Shown here: positions 61,013 to 64,000 of the stretch, piece by piece
Layout: every line of letters begins with the position of its first letter
How positions within the stretch are numbered: position 1 is the stretch's first letter
From: a bacterium
GTDB taxonomy: Bacteria > UBP15 > UBA6099
Assembly (NCBI GenBank): GCA_041664945.1
Contig: JBAYJY010000003.1
Coordinates: 8,415-72,414, forward strand
Direction: 5' to 3'
Length of the DNA stretch: 64,000 bases
Notes under the pieces: generated by a model
Databases searched by the model: none
Told to the model about the DNA's origin: nothing
What the model saw: only the letters and a program-made list of their open reading frames with translations
Program-made: the position numbers and the translations under genes

Positions 61013-62348
61013 CGGCCTTCTTACGGCCATAGCAAAAAAACGGGCTAAAGTAGCTGTCATGGGCCTCGGATACGTCGGCCTGCCGCTCGCGATAGAATTC
61101 GCGAGAGCCGGCTTCAATGTCACCGGCATCGATCCTGACACGCGTAAATCCAAGGCTATCCTCGGCGGCTGCACTTATATAACCGACATCGCGAGCGAAG
61201 ACATCAAAAAAGTGGTTTCTCAGGGCTTTCTGACAGCGACGCCGGACTTCACTGCGCTCGAAGATATGGACGTCGTTTTCATTTGCGTGCCGACTCCGTT
61301 CTCGAAATGCAAGGAGCCGGACGTCTCTTATGTGATCTCGGCGACGCACACGATTCTGAAGCATCTGAAAAAGAAGCAGCTTATCGTGCTCGAAAGCACT
61401 ACCTATCCGGGAACGACCGAGGAGATCGTGCTTCCGATCCTTGAAAGCGGCGGCCTGCGCTGCGGGCGCGACTTTTTCCTCGTTTTCTCGCCGGAGCGAG
61501 TGGACCCCGGCAACCGCGAGTTTTCGATCCGCAACACGCCGAAAGTGATCGGCGGCATCGACGCCGAAAGCTCCGCCATGGCGAAAAAGCTGTACTCGTT
61601 CGTCATCGCCGAGCAGCTCGTCGTTCCGGTTTCCAACACGCGCATTGCGGAAATGACGAAACTGCTCGAAAACATCTTCCGCAGCGTCAACATAGCCCTC
61701 ATCAACGAACTGACGTTCCTCTGCGACCGCATGAACATTGACATATGGGAAGTCATCGACGCCGCGTCGTCCAAGCCATTCGGATTCATGCCCTTCTATC
61801 CGGGGCCCGGAGTTGGCGGACACTGCATTCCGGTCGACCCCTATTATCTTTCATGGAAAGCGCGCGAATACGATTTTTACACTAAATTCATCGAACTGGC
61901 CGCGGAGATCAACCAGAGCATGCCTCGCTATGTCGTCACTAAAATCGCGGACGCTCTGAACGAATTCGGCAAAAGCGTCCGGGGCTCGAAAATCCTCGCT
62001 CTCGGCGTCGCTTTCAAGAAGAACATCAACGACGCCCGCAACTCGCCGGCGCTCAAGGTCATCGAGGAACTCACTCATAAAGGCGCCCGTGTCGACTACC
62101 ACGACCCGTATATCCGCAGCATCGGCAACGGCAGCGAACTGTTCGACGTCGAAAGCGGAATGGGCAAGATGCACTCCGTGGACATCAACGCCAAGAAAAT
62201 CAACGATTACGATTGCGTCGTCATCCTCGTCGACCACGACGATTTCGACATCCCGTTCCTGATCAGCAACTCAAAACTCATCGTGGACACCAAAAACGTG
62301 ACTAAGGGCTACAAACCCGCCAAGGGGCGCAAGATAGTTAAAATATGA
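60981..62348 (+). CDS. Nucleotide-sugar dehydrogenase (UDP-glucose/GDP-mannose dehydrogenase family; UDP-N-acetyl-hexosamine 6-dehydrogenase-like)
   Basis: N-terminal Rossmann (VAVMGLGYVGLPLAIEFA), catalytic Cys block (GGHCIPVDPYY), and a C-terminal UDP-binding domain. The true start may lie downstream of 60981; the ORF overlaps the previous gene by 32 nt. Confidence 0.8.
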   Translation: MSGQKKTTNTNGLLTAIAKKRAKVAVMGLGYVGLPLAIEFARAGFNVTGIDPDTRKSKAILGGCTYITDIASEDIKKVVSQGFLTATPDFTALEDMDVVFICVPTPFSKCKEPDVSYVISATHTILKHLKKKQLIVLESTTYPGTTEEIVLPILESGGLRCGRDFFLVFSPERVDPGNREFSIRNTPKVIGGIDAESSAMAKKLYSFVIAEQLVVPVSNTRIAEMTKLLENIFRSVNIALINELTFLCDRMNIDIWEVIDAASSKPFGFMPFYPGPGVGGHCIPVDPYYLSWKAREYDFYTKFIELAAEINQSMPRYVVTKIADALNEFGKSVRGSKILALGVAFKKNINDARNSPALKVIEELTHKGARVDYHDPYIRSIGNGSELFDVESGMGKMHSVDINAKKINDYDCVVILVDHDDFDIPFLISNSKLIVDTKNVTKGYKPAKGRKIVKI

Positions 62349-63388
62349 CGGCGATAATAAACAATCACTTCATTATCGGCTTCGCGGCCGCGTTCGTTCT
62401 CGGGCTTCTTCTGACCCCGGTTTTCGGACGCCTTTCAGTCTCCATCGGCGTGATCGATTACCCGTCGTCCCGAAAGTTCCACCTAACGACCATGCCGATG
62501 CTGGGCGGCCTCGCCGTCGCCGCGTCATTCACGATAGTTTACCTGGCCGCCAGCAAGGGCGCTCCGCCCATTAAATTGATCGGCGCCGTATCGGCCTCTA
62601 TCATTATGCTTTCGCTCGGCTTGTACGACGACATTAAAAACCTTGCGCCGAAGGTCAAACTCGCCGGCCAGTTCCTCTCTGCCGGCGTTCTGCTCGCCTG
62701 CGGCCTTCGCGCCAACATAACCGGCGTCCCCGCGGTCGATTGCGTTATGACTCTGATCTGGTTCGCCGGAATCGCAAACTGCATGAACCTTCTGGACAAC
62801 ATTGACGGACTCGCGGGCGGCACGGCGGCGATCGCCGGCTGCTTTTTCTTCATCGCCGCCGCCGTCACCGGAAAACCCGAACTCGCGCTCGCGGCGGTCG
62901 TGTTCTCGGGCGCCTGCCTCGGATTCCTGTTTCATAACTTCCACCCGGCAGCCATATTTTCAGGAGACGCCGGCAGCATGTTCATGGGCTCGATGCTTGC
63001 CTCCTTCGGCCTTTTTTTCATGGCCGGCGACGGCGGCCTTTCGCGATCGGTGACAGCCTTCTTTCCCGGCGTCATCCTCGGCCTTCTGATCTTCGACACC
63101 GGGCTCGTCACCATAATGCGCGTCACTCACGGCAAGAAAATCACCGACGGCGGCAAGGACCATACTTCCCACCGCCTTTGCAATCTCGGATTCAGCGTTC
63201 AGGCCTCCGTGATCATTCTGTTCGCCTCCTGTTTCATTTTCGGCGCGGCGGGCATTGCGATGCTGTTTGTAGCGCCCGGCCGGGCGGTTCTAATCCCCGC
63301 AATTCTTTTTTCAGTTTCCGTCATATTTTGGTTTTTATTGAGAAAACTTTATAATTACGAAGCTTCCGCTGAAGTTTCCGGAAGCTAA
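62345..63388 (+). CDS. Glycosyltransferase family 4 polyprenyl-phosphate N-acetylhexosamine-1-phosphate transferase (WecA/WbpL/MraY-like)
   Basis: About 10-11 TM helices with the conserved motifs DD (GLYDDIKNL), [15 protein letters not shown] and the [12 protein letters not shown] block. Confidence 0.8.
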   Translation: MTAIINNHFIIGFAAAFVLGLLLTPVFGRLSVSIGVIDYPSSRKFHLTTMPMLGGLAVAASFTIVYLAASKGAPPIKLIGAVSASIIMLSLGLYDDIKNLAPKVKLAGQFLSAGVLLACGLRANITGVPAVDCVMTLIWFAGIANCMNLLDNIDGLAGGTAAIAGCFFFIAAAVTGKPELALAAVVFSGACLGFLFHNFHPAAIFSGDAGSMFMGSMLASFGLFFMAGDGGLSRSVTAFFPGVILGLLIFDTGLVTIMRVTHGKKITDGGKDHTSHRLCNLGFSVQASVIILFASCFIFGAAGIAMLFVAPGRAVLIPAILFSVSVIFWFLLRKLYNYEASAEVSGS

Positions 63389-63413
63389 AAGTAATGGGTG
63401 TGAGGGTAAGAAG

Positions 63414-64000
63414 ATGCTTGGTTCTTATGCGCTTATTGAGGGTTTGAAGGGCGAAGGAGTGGAAGTTTTATTCGGCATCCCCGGCGGCGTCGTGCTTCCG
63501 CTATTCGACGCGCTTTACGATTCGGGGCTGCGGGTAATACTGACACGCCACGAACAGGGCGCCGCGCACGCGGCCGACGGATTCGCGCGCGTCACCGGCA
63601 AGGTCGGCGTCTGCCTTTCCACGTCGGGACCGGGAGCGACAAATTTCGTCACCGGCCTCGCCAACGCCTACATGGATTCAATTCCGATAGTTGCCATTAC
63701 GGGACAGGTGAACACCGGCCTGCTCGGCCGCGACTCCTTTCAGGAGGCCGACATCACCGGAATCACCATCCCGATCACTAAACACAACTATCTGGTCAAA
63801 CGCGCCGAAGACCTGCCGCGCGTCATTCGCGAGGCATTCTTCATCGCTTCGACCGGACGGCCTGGGCCCGTGCTTATCGACGTTCCGGCGGACATCCTGG
63901 TCACGGAACACAAATTCAAATTCCCCGGAAAGCTCGACCTGAAAGGCTATCGCCCGAACCTTGTCGGCAACAAGAAACAGGTCGGTGTGGCCGTCAGCGC
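63414..64000 (+). CDS. ilvB: Acetolactate synthase large subunit (TPP enzyme), N-terminal part; continues beyond window end
   Basis: Hand translation from ATG 63414 gives [34 protein letters not shown]...[54 protein letters not shown], which is typical of the ALS/TPP N-terminal pyrimidine-binding domain. Confidence 0.8.
   Translation, partial: MLGSYALIEGLKGEGVEVLFGIPGGVVLPLFDALYDSGLRVILTRHEQGAAHAADGFARVTGKVGVCLSTSGPGATNFVTGLANAYMDSIPIVAITGQVNTGLLGRDSFQEADITGITIPITKHNYLVKRAEDLPRVIREAFFIASTGRPGPVLIDVPADILVTEHKFKFPGKLDLKGYRPNLVGNKKQVGVAVS

Noticed and set aside
1-64000. CRISPR arrays, cas genes, restriction-modification, toxin-antitoxin pairs, integrases or prophage genes
   Set aside because: No regularly spaced direct repeats were seen in any intergenic region. 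No ORF carries Cas, methyltransferase, REase, integrase/recombinase or phage structural motifs. Small ORFs in the gaps lack RBS and coding-like composition.

Overview
This is a 64 kb high-GC (about 60%) bacterial chromosomal segment, densely coding, with about 65 protein genes. Most are conserved housekeeping genes: tig-clpP-clpX-lon-valS, ftsH, clpC, lepA, dnaX-ybaB-recR, tsaD, lspA, hup, rpmB, rpsT, galK, split hldA/hldC, glyQ, cimA and a truncated ilvB. It also carries three tRNAs (Gly-GCC, Leu-TAG, Lys-CTT) and a long Bacillus-type (Alu-domain-containing) SRP RNA just upstream of dnaX. Signs of a diderm envelope are present: a signal-peptide beta-barrel-like OMP ending in Phe, LPS heptose genes, a lipoprotein signal peptidase and a SPOR protein. 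I found no CRISPR array, no recognisable restriction-modification or toxin-antitoxin module, no prophage and no integrase. The observations most worth a second look are: an ECF-sigma/anti-sigma/TPR module facing a HEAT-repeat::STAS fusion protein; a solitary IS200-like HUH (RAYT-type) transposase; an FtsH with a ~230 aa C-terminal extension; a YkgJ-type Cys-cluster protein with a histone-H1-like lysine tail next to a NYN nuclease; a nucleotide-sugar/WecA cluster wedged between cimA and ilvB; a three-gene secreted-protein operon of unknown function; and two AT-rich islets encoding orphan proteins. Genes for competence-related proteins (ComEC N-terminus, ComFC, ComEB) are scattered across the window. 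All calls come from reading the translated ORFs and the raw sequence; no database search was possible.
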